A stretch of DNA of 64,000 bases, taken from NCBI GenBank assembly GCA_965202805.1, contig OZ241869.1:2060652-2124651 (forward strand). Reading direction: 5' to 3'. The position numbers and the translations under genes were made by a program. Shown piece by piece: positions 8,432 through 19,488 of this stretch (positions within the stretch are counted from its first letter, which is position 1; each line of letters begins with the position of its first letter). This stretch comes from Longimicrobiales bacterium (GTDB taxonomy: Bacteria > Gemmatimonadota > Gemmatimonadetes > Longimicrobiales > Gaopeijiaceae). The notes beneath the pieces were generated by a model. It made no database searches, was not told the origin of the DNA, and saw nothing but the letters and a program-made list of their open reading frames with translations.

Positions 8432-9580
8432 CTACCCGGGCGGGTCGAAACCGAGCCGCCAGACCACCATCTGAGGGTAGGCGCCTTCGGTCTCGGTATT
8501 CTCGATGGCCAGCCCATCGCCTACAAAGGCCTCGAACAGCGCATCGTGACGGCGGGTGGCGATGAACGAGCCGCTGTTGAGATCGATCAGGTCGATGCGA
8601 CTCTCGAAAACGTACCCCCAGTCATCGTCGGTCGGCGCATGGGCGATCCCCCCATTGGGCATGACCCGCTCCTCCAGGTGATCCAGCCAGTCATCCCTGC
8701 GGACGTGACCGAGCACCCAGAGCCGGTGTTCGCCGTCGACCTGCATCGCGAAGATCCGGCTGTGTGGCGGATTATCGGGAGACCAGGCCCCGCGTGAGGC
8801 TTCTCTTTCGTTCAGCCTGGGTCCTCTGAGCCCCAGGATCCTGCCGCCACTCGCGCTCCATACCCGGATGAGATAGTCGCCCAGCGCTCGAGCGCTGTAG
8901 ATGCGCGCCTCCCGACCGACGGCCAATACCCGAGGTGCGAAGCCCGGACCCTCAATGCCTTCCATCTGGTCGAACGAATGAAGGATGTCCAACCCCTCGA
9001 CGATGTGGAGCGGTACGCCCTCCGCCCCGGCCGTCGTCCTGCTTGTGTTCACCAGGTATCTCCCGTCCGCCCCGAGCGGTACGGCGACCTGGTAGATCCC
9101 CGGGAAGAGAGATCTGTCCGAACGATACGAGAAGTCGGCGTTCACAACGGTTTCTCGACCGTTAGCGAGGTCGAAGACATGCATCCGTCCCTCGCCGTCG
9201 GTGCCGACCGGGGCTGGACGCCGGAATTCCATGGGTCCGTCCCCCCTGCGACCGACCTGCCTCAGGAAACTCCCCTCCGCATCCCAGACCTTCACCACGG
9301 ACTCCCGCGGCATTCCCACCCAGTAGTTGCCAAAGTCATCAACCGCCCCGTATATCGACCAGTCGATGTAGCCCGGCTCTATCGTGTCGCCCAGGGTCAC
9401 GACGCGGTCGACGGTGATGCAGTTACCGCACGTTGCCGCACTCTCGAGGATGTCTACGATGGCGGTGCTGTCCTGCAGCGTGGTGAGATCCCTCGGGGCA
9501 TCGGGCGCGCCACAGCCGGAAAGCCAGCTGGCGAGGGCAATGGCCAGGGGCAGAGATGCCGTGGTGGACTTTCCGAACAT
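8432..9580 (-). CDS. hypothetical lipoprotein, probable beta-propeller fold
   Basis: Signal peptide with lipobox (ALASWLSGC). Recurrent Gly/Asp-rich strand-like repeats (DDFGNYWVG, GEGRMHVFD, ADGRYLVNT, DGEHRLWVLG). ATG 9580 (GGAGG upstream) is preferred to GTG 9589. No family was firmly recognised. Confidence 0.6.
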   Translation of the reverse strand: MFGKSTTASLPLAIALASWLSGCGAPDAPRDLTTLQDSTAIVDILESAATCGNCITVDRVVTLGDTIEPGYIDWSIYGAVDDFGNYWVGMPRESVVKVWDAEGSFLRQVGRRGDGPMEFRRPAPVGTDGEGRMHVFDLANGRETVVNADFSYRSDRSLFPGIYQVAVPLGADGRYLVNTSRTTAGAEGVPLHIVEGLDILHSFDQMEGIEGPGFAPRVLAVGREARIYSARALGDYLIRVWSASGGRILGLRGPRLNEREASRGAWSPDNPPHSRIFAMQVDGEHRLWVLGHVRRDDWLDHLEERVMPNGGIAHAPTDDDWGYVFESRIDLIDLNSGSFIATRRHDALFEAFVGDGLAIENTETEGAYPQMVVWRLGFDPPG

Positions 9581-9776
9581 TTGAGCCACCTCCGTGGCGG
9601 GCCGCCGGAACGAGCAGGCGGCGAACTCCCTCCCTTCCCCCTTCGTTCTACCCCTGCCTGGCGAAAATGCTCTCGGTCACGCCCGAGGTCAGAGCGTCTC
9701 CTGCCAGGCCACCAGGCCCTGAACTACAGCATCGCCGATCCACTGCTCGAATCTCCGGCGCGCATCCGCCAAGGCT

Positions 9777-10562
9777 TCACTCGCTCGCCAATTCCTGACG
9801 ACGTACCTGCAGCGTGTCCGCCACCGATTGCACGACGGCCTTGAGCTGCTTCTTGCCGGCGATGATGGTCCGCGCCATGCCAACCGCCCCGTAGATTGCC
9901 CTTCTCTGAATGTCCGCAAAAAGGCGGACCAGCACTTCCTCACGCGCATGGCTCGCATGCATCGCGATAAGCCGGTCCATTTCAGAAGCCACCTGCTCGG
10001 GCGGACAATACTCATGAAGCAACCCGTCGGGGCGCAGAGGATTGTTCGGGCGCTTCTTGTACTCTCCCTTCGCCAGCGGCATCTCGACGCGTCGTCCGAA
10101 CGTGTTTCGAGCCGAAGCAGTGTCCTGATGAGCGAGCAACACCGCGTGCAGCTCCTTGACGAAGCTGGTGGACAGCTCGCGATCCCTCTTGATGAAGTCA
10201 AAGAGCCCGTCCAGAGCCAATGCGTGATCGCGCAGGATGTCGCTGACGAGGGCTGGGTCGCGGTTCGTGGCCGACGCGGCGATCAGGTTCTCCTGCAGCC
10301 CCCGCTCGACGAGAATCTCCGTCGTGTCCCGATCCAGCGTATAGATGCGCTCGATCAACCCGGTTTCGATCGCCCACTCCCGTTGCAGCCGCCGGTTGAA
10401 GTCCCGGACCCCTCCATGGGATGCAAGCTCCTCGCGGTTCTCGTTCCAATACTCGACGAGGTACGCGAGGTCGGCATCGACGAGGGTCCGCCAGTTGTCC
10501 GGCAGGTCCTCGATGGGACGCCAGTGGTGGCCAACAGGGTTCGTGGCAGTCTTTTCGGTCAT
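9777..10562 (-). CDS. Fic-family-like protein lacking the canonical HxFx(D/E)GNGRxxR motif
   Basis: The N-terminal two thirds (HHWRPIEDLP..., RLQREWAIETGLIERIY, FVKELHAVLL, HEYCPPEQVASEMDRL) resemble ~380-aa Fic proteins as I recall them. No Fic core motif is present in any position. The ORF is only 261 aa. ATGA overlap with the upstream DinB-like gene. Confidence 0.5.
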   Translation of the reverse strand: MTEKTATNPVGHHWRPIEDLPDNWRTLVDADLAYLVEYWNENREELASHGGVRDFNRRLQREWAIETGLIERIYTLDRDTTEILVERGLQENLIAASATNRDPALVSDILRDHALALDGLFDFIKRDRELSTSFVKELHAVLLAHQDTASARNTFGRRVEMPLAKGEYKKRPNNPLRPDGLLHEYCPPEQVASEMDRLIAMHASHAREEVLVRLFADIQRRAIYGAVGMARTIIAGKKQLKAVVQSVADTLQVRRQELASE

Positions 10563-11119
10563 GATTCACCCTTCGCCACATTCTCCGCGTACGTCAACGA
10601 CTTCTCCAGCACCGGATTCGCGTTGTAGGCCTCGGACTGCCCGGGCGGGATGCTCAGGTATTCCCAGTCGTCGCCGCAGAAGGACTTGGCCAGGTACACG
10701 ATCTGCCCGACGTGATAGGCGGCGTGGGCCAGAGAGCGGAGGAGCGCTTCGTCAACGCGATGGGGGACGCTGCGGATGGTCACCTCGGAAGCCATGTCGT
10801 CGTCGGTCAACTCCGCGAGCGTGTCGAAGAGCACGCCCCAACCCTGGTCCCACTTCCCGGCTACCTCGGCCGGCGAGACGTTGCGCGCCTCGAACTCCGA
10901 CTCACGGTCGCGCCAGGGCTTCTCCCCGTCCGTAGTCAGGAAGTCGGTGAAGCGCGACTCCAGGTTGCCGGCGACGTGCCAGACGATGGTCGCGACCGAG
11001 ACGGCGTGCTCGGAACCGGCGACGAGTTGCTCGGCGTCCAATTGGCGGAACGCGCGCTCCCCGAGGATCCTGTAGTGCTGGTATTCCGCTTCGATGAGAG
11101 CGAGGACCGTGCGGTTCAT
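10559..11119 (-). CDS. DinB-superfamily protein (DUF1572-like)
   Basis: 186 aa four-helix-bundle-type sequence with His residues in DinB-like positions (WHVAGNLE..., HRVDEALLRSLAHAAYHVGQIVYL). GAGGAG SD lies before ATG 11119. Confidence 0.75.
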   Translation of the reverse strand: MNRTVLALIEAEYQHYRILGERAFRQLDAEQLVAGSEHAVSVATIVWHVAGNLESRFTDFLTTDGEKPWRDRESEFEARNVSPAEVAGKWDQGWGVLFDTLAELTDDDMASEVTIRSVPHRVDEALLRSLAHAAYHVGQIVYLAKSFCGDDWEYLSIPPGQSEAYNANPVLEKSLTYAENVAKGES

Positions 11120-11129
11120 ATCGTCTCCT

Positions 11130-11226
11130 CATATTCTATTGTTAGGCCAAATAATATCATTGGAGTATATATACAACATCTATATATAGATATATAATGA
11201 TATACACAATATACAATATAATACAG
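11130..11226. promoter_or_regulatory. extremely AT-rich spacer (~20% G+C by hand count) with phased TATATA/TATACA hexamers, upstream of the DinB-like/Fic-like operon
   Basis: Sequence runs atattctattgttaggccaaataatatcattggagtatatatacaacatctatatatagatatataatgatatacacaatatacaatataataca. TATA(T/C)A starts at 11166, 11181, 11191, 11201 and 11210, a spacing of about 10 bp. Confidence 0.6.
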
Positions 11227-11236
11227 GATCCCGGGA

Positions 11237-12403
11237 CTACCAACCCTTCGGGGTGATGCCGGCCGCCAGCGTCCCGATCTCCGCCACCGGAAGTACCGAG
11301 ATCCGGTCGTCGAGCGCGTACTCCTCATTGCCCGGATACACGACCCACAGATGCTCCAACCCGAGATCCTCCAGCGCCACCCGCATCGACCGCGTGGTTC
11401 CGGGGGCGTCCGCGAACTTGCACTCGAAACCGTATCGCTTCCCTCCCCGGAGAACGAGAAGATCGAGTTCGGCGCCGGCGTGGGTAGCCCAGTAGTACGC
11501 GTCGCGCGTCTCCAGCGCGCCAACCAGCTGCTCGACCACGAATCCCTCGAACGAGGCCCCGACTTTGGGGTGACCCAGCAACTGATCTTCTCCCGGAATG
11601 CCGAGCAGGGTGTGCAGAAGGCCCGTGTCACGGACGTACACCTTCGGCGCTTTCACCTGGCGCTTCTTCAGATTCTCGAACCAGGGCGGCAGCACGCGCA
11701 GCATGAAGGCGCCCGCCAGGATGTCGAGATAGCGTCGGGCGGTGCCTCCGCTCGATCCCAGCGCCCGTGCGAACTCCGCGGCGTTCCAGGTCTGCCCGTG
11801 GTAGTGCGCGATCATCGTCCAGAAGCGCCGCAGGCTCTCGGCCGGAATGGTGATGCCAAGCTGCGGGATGTCCCGCTCCAGAAACGTGCGCACGAAGTTG
11901 CGCCTCCAGAGCGATGACGCCCGGGTGCTGCGCGCGAGGAACGCGCGCGGGAAGCCGCCACGGCCCCAGAGAGTTCGCCAGGCATCGGTTCCCGTTTCAT
12001 TCAGGCCGAAACCGCCCAGGTCGACGAGCCCGACGCGCCCGGCGAGTGACTCCGATACGCCCTTCACCAGCTCCGGGGATGCGCTGCCCAGCAAGAGGAA
12101 ACGCGCGTCGCTGCCGGGACGGTCCACCAGCACGCGCAGGGTTTCGAAGAGCGCCGGCATTCGCTGGACTTCGTCGATGATCACCAACCCACGCAGTCGG
12201 TCCAGAGTCTGTTCAGGCGTGGCCAGGCGCTGCCGGTCGACGGCGGCTTCCAGATCGAACCAGGTGCTTCCCCGGGAGTCGGCGGCGATTTGCCGGGCAA
12301 GCGTCGTTTTGCCACACTGGCGGGGACCGGTCAGCGCGGCGCAGGGATGCACTTCCAGGGCTTCGTGGATGTGCTTGGCGGGTGTCGGGCGATCAATCAG
12401 CAT
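11237..12403 (-). CDS. AAA-type ATPase with DUF4143-like C-terminal domain (COG1373-type)
   Basis: Walker A GPRQCGKTTL and Walker B LVIIDEVQ. Overall similarity to the second copy at 33012..34262. ATG 12403 (MLIDRPTP...) is preferred to the ORF-track start at 12451. Confidence 0.8.
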   Translation of the reverse strand: MLIDRPTPAKHIHEALEVHPCAALTGPRQCGKTTLARQIAADSRGSTWFDLEAAVDRQRLATPEQTLDRLRGLVIIDEVQRMPALFETLRVLVDRPGSDARFLLLGSASPELVKGVSESLAGRVGLVDLGGFGLNETGTDAWRTLWGRGGFPRAFLARSTRASSLWRRNFVRTFLERDIPQLGITIPAESLRRFWTMIAHYHGQTWNAAEFARALGSSGGTARRYLDILAGAFMLRVLPPWFENLKKRQVKAPKVYVRDTGLLHTLLGIPGEDQLLGHPKVGASFEGFVVEQLVGALETRDAYYWATHAGAELDLLVLRGGKRYGFECKFADAPGTTRSMRVALEDLGLEHLWVVYPGNEEYALDDRISVLPVAEIGTLAAGITPKGW

Positions 12404-12415
12404 CACCCACAATAT

Positions 12416-12454
12416 TCCTTGCAAATCCGCAGTGCAAGTGAGGATTTTCAAGGA
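12416..12454 (-). terminator. hairpin (13-bp arms, 12/13 paired, 13-nt loop) between the serpin stop and the ATPase start
   Basis: tccttgcaaatcc (12416-12428) pairs with ggattttcaagga (12442-12454). On the minus-strand RNA it is followed by AUAUUGU. Could alternatively be an operator for the ATPase gene. Confidence 0.4.
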
Positions 12455-12472
12455 TTGTTGGAGCGATGTCGC

Positions 12473-13795
12473 CTATCCCGCCCCCGACGGCCTCCGCAGC
12501 ACGCCCGCGAACAGGATCGCGCTCGACTCGCGCTCCCGGATCAGGTAGGCGAAGGGCCGGTCGGCGATCACCGACGGGGGAAGGCTCGTGACCCCGATCC
12601 CCACCGAGGTGGAGCCAGCCGCCTCCGCGCCCTCCTCGGACACCTCGACGAAGGTCCTCTGCTTCACTTCGGAGATGTAGAGCGGAGGAGGAGTCGCGGA
12701 GATGCCCGTGAAGTCGGCGACGTTTGGCATGAAGGGGTCCGTCATGCCGAGCGACTGGAGCGTCTCCTTCAGGCTCTTGTCGTATTCGACGCGGAACCTG
12801 GGGAGCACCACCCGCACCCTTCTCGTGGTCAGCTTGTCGAGGATGCTCTCCCAGCGCGTCTCATCCATCGACCCGATCTCGTCGTCGATGTTGCTCCCGT
12901 CTGCGGGGACCAGGACCGTCATCGCGAAGGCCCCCTCGCCGAAAGGCAGGTCCACGATCTGCAGGCTGCCGTCTCGGCCGTGGGGGAATTCGCGGGTCTG
13001 GTCCATCATCGGGATCGACTCGGACTCGCCTTCAGCGATGTGGAAAGGGGCATCGGTCGTCTTCTCGGGATCGAACGCGTACTGCCATGGACCCCTGAAG
13101 TAGACCGCGTTGATGAGGAAGAGCACCGTGCGGCTGTCGATGGGCGGCTCGATGATGCTCTCGATGCGTCCGTTCGTCTTCTCCGAGACCCATTGGTTCA
13201 TGGTGTCGGCCGCCGAGGCGTTGGAGAAGTCGAGCCCGGCGACCGTGGCATCGAAGAACGCGCGCACCGTGTTCAGGAAGGTCGGCTCGACCTCGAATCC
13301 GTGCCGATACCACGCGGAGTTGGCGATCTGCGTGTTCACGGTTGAGTCCGCCATCGGCAGATTCGTCATGAGGCCGCGATAGCCGTTGTTGATGGTGTCT
13401 ACCGCGACATCCGCGAACCCGAGCGTGGCCTGCATCTGATCGTACGTGGCGCCGCGGGCTCCGTTGAGCGCCATCCCGAGGGCCATGGAGGCGCTGAGCG
13501 GCGAGACGAGGACGTTCTCTTCCGGATCGGCGGCCATCGCGGCGGCGAGCAGATCCCGGGCGAAGAGGTTGCTCTTCTCGACGACTGCGGCCTCCGCCGA
13601 GGCCGAGCGCGGCGGGACGATGATCGAGTCGCCCGGGCCGGGGTCCGGGGGCTCGGGGATCGCGGGCTCGGCGGGACCGGGGTCGAGCGGGTCATCCGAG
13701 CAGGCCGGTGTCAGGATGACCGTCAGCCCGATCGCAAGGGCCAGCGCGGTGCGCGCCGTCGACGGAACGCGGGTCATGGAGGTAGCCGACTCCAT
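12473..13795 (-). CDS. serpin family protein (lipoprotein-type signal)
   Basis: Serpin-wide collinearity (VLVSPLSASMALGMALNGARG...). Hinge and reactive-centre loop EEGAEAAGSTSVGIGVT/SLPPSVIADRPF. Lipobox LTPAC. Confidence 0.9.
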   Translation of the reverse strand: MESATSMTRVPSTARTALALAIGLTVILTPACSDDPLDPGPAEPAIPEPPDPGPGDSIIVPPRSASAEAAVVEKSNLFARDLLAAAMAADPEENVLVSPLSASMALGMALNGARGATYDQMQATLGFADVAVDTINNGYRGLMTNLPMADSTVNTQIANSAWYRHGFEVEPTFLNTVRAFFDATVAGLDFSNASAADTMNQWVSEKTNGRIESIIEPPIDSRTVLFLINAVYFRGPWQYAFDPEKTTDAPFHIAEGESESIPMMDQTREFPHGRDGSLQIVDLPFGEGAFAMTVLVPADGSNIDDEIGSMDETRWESILDKLTTRRVRVVLPRFRVEYDKSLKETLQSLGMTDPFMPNVADFTGISATPPPLYISEVKQRTFVEVSEEGAEAAGSTSVGIGVTSLPPSVIADRPFAYLIRERESSAILFAGVLRRPSGAG

Positions 13796-13990
13796 CCAAA
13801 GGTGTTGCTGTCACCGTCCGCGAGAACGAATGGGCTGGCGAGAATGTGACGCCTGATCTGCGACCCGGTCCAGTCACGCAGCCGACCAGGCGTGTTTCTC
13901 CCCGCGCGAAGTGGGCGGCGGGGCGTTAAGCTCGACTACCTCCGGGCCGGTTCCCCAGCGCGTTTCACGGCTGTCGGGAGGAGCGACTCC

Positions 13991-16396
13991 ATGAGCATGA
14001 GGACTCCGATGAACGCCATCGTCCGTCTTGCGTTCGTGGCCGCAATGGCTTTGCCGACCGCGGCCACCGCAATTCCCCAGCAGACTCCGCCTGACGATCC
14101 CCCCGGGGCTCTTCCCTACGACCTCGCCTTCGGGATGGCGGCTTTCCTCTGGGACACGCAGTTCGCGGTCTCGGCCGACGGGCGCTTCGTCGCGTACGAG
14201 GTGCGGGTTCCTCCCGCCGACACCACGGCCAACCTGGACGAGCGCTACCAGCCCGATGGGACGCCGAGTTCGATGGTTGGGGCGGCGATCCGATACACGG
14301 AGATGGCCACGAAACGCACCGTCGAGGTATGCCCGGGGGGCGCGTGCTGGCGGCCGGTGTGGTCCCCGGACGGCACGGCGATCGCGTTCTTCTCGGACGG
14401 CGACGGCCTGCCGCAGCTGTGGGTGCACGATGTCGCGGCGGGCACATCGCGCAAGCTCTCCGATGAACCGGTGAAGCCGAAGCTGTGGCACGGCGACGAG
14501 CCCCGCTGGAGTCCGGACGGCTCCACGCTGTACGTCGGGTTTGCTCCCGAGGGGCGGTTCCGCAACCCGGTGCGGCCGGCGGAAGTCCGTGCGGACAATC
14601 CGGCGGGCGTGGTCGTACTGCGCAGCGGGAGCGAAACGGCGGCGGCTCCGGATGCCGACGGGCCGCCCCCCACGCCGATGACCGACCACTACGCGCGCGA
14701 GCACCTCGTGGCGGTGAAGGCCATCGATGTCGCCAGCGGGGAAACACGCGTGCTCGTCCCGCAAGACGCGGAGATCCCTGCCGGAACCCTGCGCCGCTCG
14801 GCATCCGGCAGATGGCTGGGATATCTCTCGACCTTCCGGCCGGAAAGCGACACGACCCAGTCGACCGTGATGGACGTCGCGGTCGTGTCGGCTGCCGGCG
14901 GCGATCCCAATACCGTCGTGCGCAACGTCCCGCTCACCCGGGGCGACTACTTCGGCGGCAGCTACGTCTGGCATCCGTCGCACGATCGGCTGATGTACCT
15001 GGACGGCAAGCGCATGCACCTGCTCGACCTCCGCTCCGGGTCGCCCGCCGACCCAGTGCCCCTCGCCCCCGCGCTGGGCGATGTCGCGCCGACCGTCTTC
15101 GCATTCACCCGCGACGGGCGGGCCGCGGTCATGGGCGTGGACATCGTCGACGACCAGAACTACGGCGACCCGCGCCCACGCTCACTCGCGGTCGTGCCCC
15201 TGGACGGCGGCACGCCGACGACCTACGCGATCGACGACGAGCGCTGGACGTACGACCAGCTCCTGAAGGCCGACGAGCGGACCGTGTGGCAGCCGGACGG
15301 CGCCTCGATCTCCGTCCTCCTCACCGAGCGCTCGACCGGCGACAAGGCGGTGGTCCGTTACGACGCGGCCACCCCCGACGGCCAGGTGCTGTGGAAGTCC
15401 CGGGCGAAGCTCGTCAATCTCACGTCCGGCGGCAGCCACGACTTCATCGTGGGCCAGTACGAGGACATGCACACGCCCGCGAACATCTTCCGCTTCAACG
15501 CGGACTTCTCATCCCGCGAGCGCATCTCCCACATCGATCCGCGCCTGGACAACGTCGAGGCCGGCAGCGCGGAGGTTTTCGAGACCAGGGTTCCGCTCCA
15601 CGACGGCACGCTCGCAACCGTCAAGACGGCCGTGCTGCTCCCGCCCGGGGCCGAGCGGGGCGACCGCCTGCCAGCCATCGTGACCATGTACCCGGGGGGC
15701 GACGTGACCCGCCGGGCCGCCGACTTCGGGGGCGGGAGCGTGTTCACGGTGCCCAACCTGATCTTCACCAGCCGGGGCTACGCGGTGGTGCTGTGCGACC
15801 TGACGCTCGGTCCCAACGAGCAGGCCGGCAACCCGATCCGCGACATGGTCGACGTGCTGCTGCCCCAGGTCTACCGGGCCGCCGAGCTCGGCTACGTCGA
15901 CCTGAACCGCCTGGCGATCACGGGTCAGTCGTACGGCGGCTACGGCACCGGCTCGATCATCACGCGCACCAACATCTTCCGCGCCGCGGTGCCCATCTCC
16001 GGCATCTTCGATCTGTTCGGCACCTACGGGCGCATCGACGTCGACGGCGGCGGGTTCTTCCTGGCCTGGAGCGAGGGCGGACAGGCGCGCATGGGGACGC
16101 ATCCGTGGGCGGACGTGCGCCGCTATCTGGACAACTCCCCCTACTACAACGCGGACAAGATCTCCACCCCGGTGCTGATCGTGCATGGCACCGCGGACAT
16201 GGCCTACCACGACGCCGGCAAGCTCTTCAGCGCCCTCCGGCGGCTGGGCAAGCCGGCACAGCTCGCCTCGTACCTGGATCAGGGCCACGTCATCTCGTCC
16301 TGGAAGCGGGAGAGCGCGGTCGACGCGGCCCGTCGCATGGTGGAGTTCTACCGGCGGCACCTGGGAGAGCCGGAATCGAGCCCCGCCATCCCTTGA
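13991..16396 (+). CDS. S9 family serine peptidase (prolyl oligopeptidase/acylaminoacyl peptidase-like) with N-terminal beta-propeller
   Basis: Signal peptide from ATG 13991. WSPDG repeats. Nucleophile elbow [18 protein letters not shown] and DQGH complete the triad region. Confidence 0.85.
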   Translation: MSMRTPMNAIVRLAFVAAMALPTAATAIPQQTPPDDPPGALPYDLAFGMAAFLWDTQFAVSADGRFVAYEVRVPPADTTANLDERYQPDGTPSSMVGAAIRYTEMATKRTVEVCPGGACWRPVWSPDGTAIAFFSDGDGLPQLWVHDVAAGTSRKLSDEPVKPKLWHGDEPRWSPDGSTLYVGFAPEGRFRNPVRPAEVRADNPAGVVVLRSGSETAAAPDADGPPPTPMTDHYAREHLVAVKAIDVASGETRVLVPQDAEIPAGTLRRSASGRWLGYLSTFRPESDTTQSTVMDVAVVSAAGGDPNTVVRNVPLTRGDYFGGSYVWHPSHDRLMYLDGKRMHLLDLRSGSPADPVPLAPALGDVAPTVFAFTRDGRAAVMGVDIVDDQNYGDPRPRSLAVVPLDGGTPTTYAIDDERWTYDQLLKADERTVWQPDGASISVLLTERSTGDKAVVRYDAATPDGQVLWKSRAKLVNLTSGGSHDFIVGQYEDMHTPANIFRFNADFSSRERISHIDPRLDNVEAGSAEVFETRVPLHDGTLATVKTAVLLPPGAERGDRLPAIVTMYPGGDVTRRAADFGGGSVFTVPNLIFTSRGYAVVLCDLTLGPNEQAGNPIRDMVDVLLPQVYRAAELGYVDLNRLAITGQSYGGYGTGSIITRTNIFRAAVPISGIFDLFGTYGRIDVDGGGFFLAWSEGGQARMGTHPWADVRRYLDNSPYYNADKISTPVLIVHGTADMAYHDAGKLFSALRRLGKPAQLASYLDQGHVISSWKRESAVDAARRMVEFYRRHLGEPESSPAIP

Positions 16397-16463
16397 TTCC
16401 AGCCCGGATCGCATCCTTCTTTCCCAACAGGACCACCACCTCCAACTCAACCCGGGACCACTC

Positions 16464-16892
16464 ATGCAGCTCGGCGCCTTCTCCGTCAGCCTCTCGGTCG
16501 AGGATCTCGAAGCCTCCAGGTCCTTCTACGAGAAGCTCGGGTTCCGGCAGACCGGCGGCGGCGGCACCGGATACCTGATCATGGTCAACGACACCACGAT
16601 CATCGGCCTCTTCCACGGGATGTTCGAGGGCAACATCCTCACCTTCAATCCCGGGCTGGCGCAGGACATGTCGCGCCCGGAGATCTTCACCGACGTGCGC
16701 GAGATCCGCGCGTCGCTGGTGGCGGATGGCGTGGAGATGTCGACCGATACGGACCCGGACGGCACGGGGCCGGCGCACATCGTGGTGGTGGACCCCGACG
16801 GCAACCCGGTGCTGATCGACCAGTTCTTCCCCAGGCCGGGGAGCGAGGGGGATGAGGCACGCTCCGAAGATGATCCCGGCAGGAAACCTTGA
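16464..16892 (+). CDS. VOC (glyoxalase/bleomycin-resistance) family protein
   Basis: ATG 16464 is in frame with ORF 16185..16892. [27 protein letters not shown]... and ...[16 protein letters not shown] are typical VOC beta-alpha-beta-beta-beta modules. Confidence 0.75.
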   Translation: MQLGAFSVSLSVEDLEASRSFYEKLGFRQTGGGGTGYLIMVNDTTIIGLFHGMFEGNILTFNPGLAQDMSRPEIFTDVREIRASLVADGVEMSTDTDPDGTGPAHIVVVDPDGNPVLIDQFFPRPGSEGDEARSEDDPGRKP

Positions 16893-17110
16893 GCCGAACC
16901 GAAGTCCAGCGCACCATCGCGGCGCCTCCCCCGTAACGATCCCGTCGCGAATCGCCTGATTCCCCTCCCGGGCCTCGATGCGCGGGCACCGGGGTTTGCA
17001 TCGTTGTTCGAGCGCATCCAGCTTTGGGGGCTTAAGGTTCGGGACCACGATACGCGGACGGATCCCGCGGAGAGCAGCGAACCCTTCGACCCTCTCAGAG
17101 ACGCACATCC

Positions 17111-19381
<2,271 letters not shown>

Positions 19382-19488
19382 CAACCCCTGGATCGGCAGC
19401 AGCCCGTGGACGGACTCCCCCCGGCATTCGAGCGGCGATGCCTCCGAGTCGCACCGCACGCGCCCGATCTCTTCCGAAGGAGCAAGAC

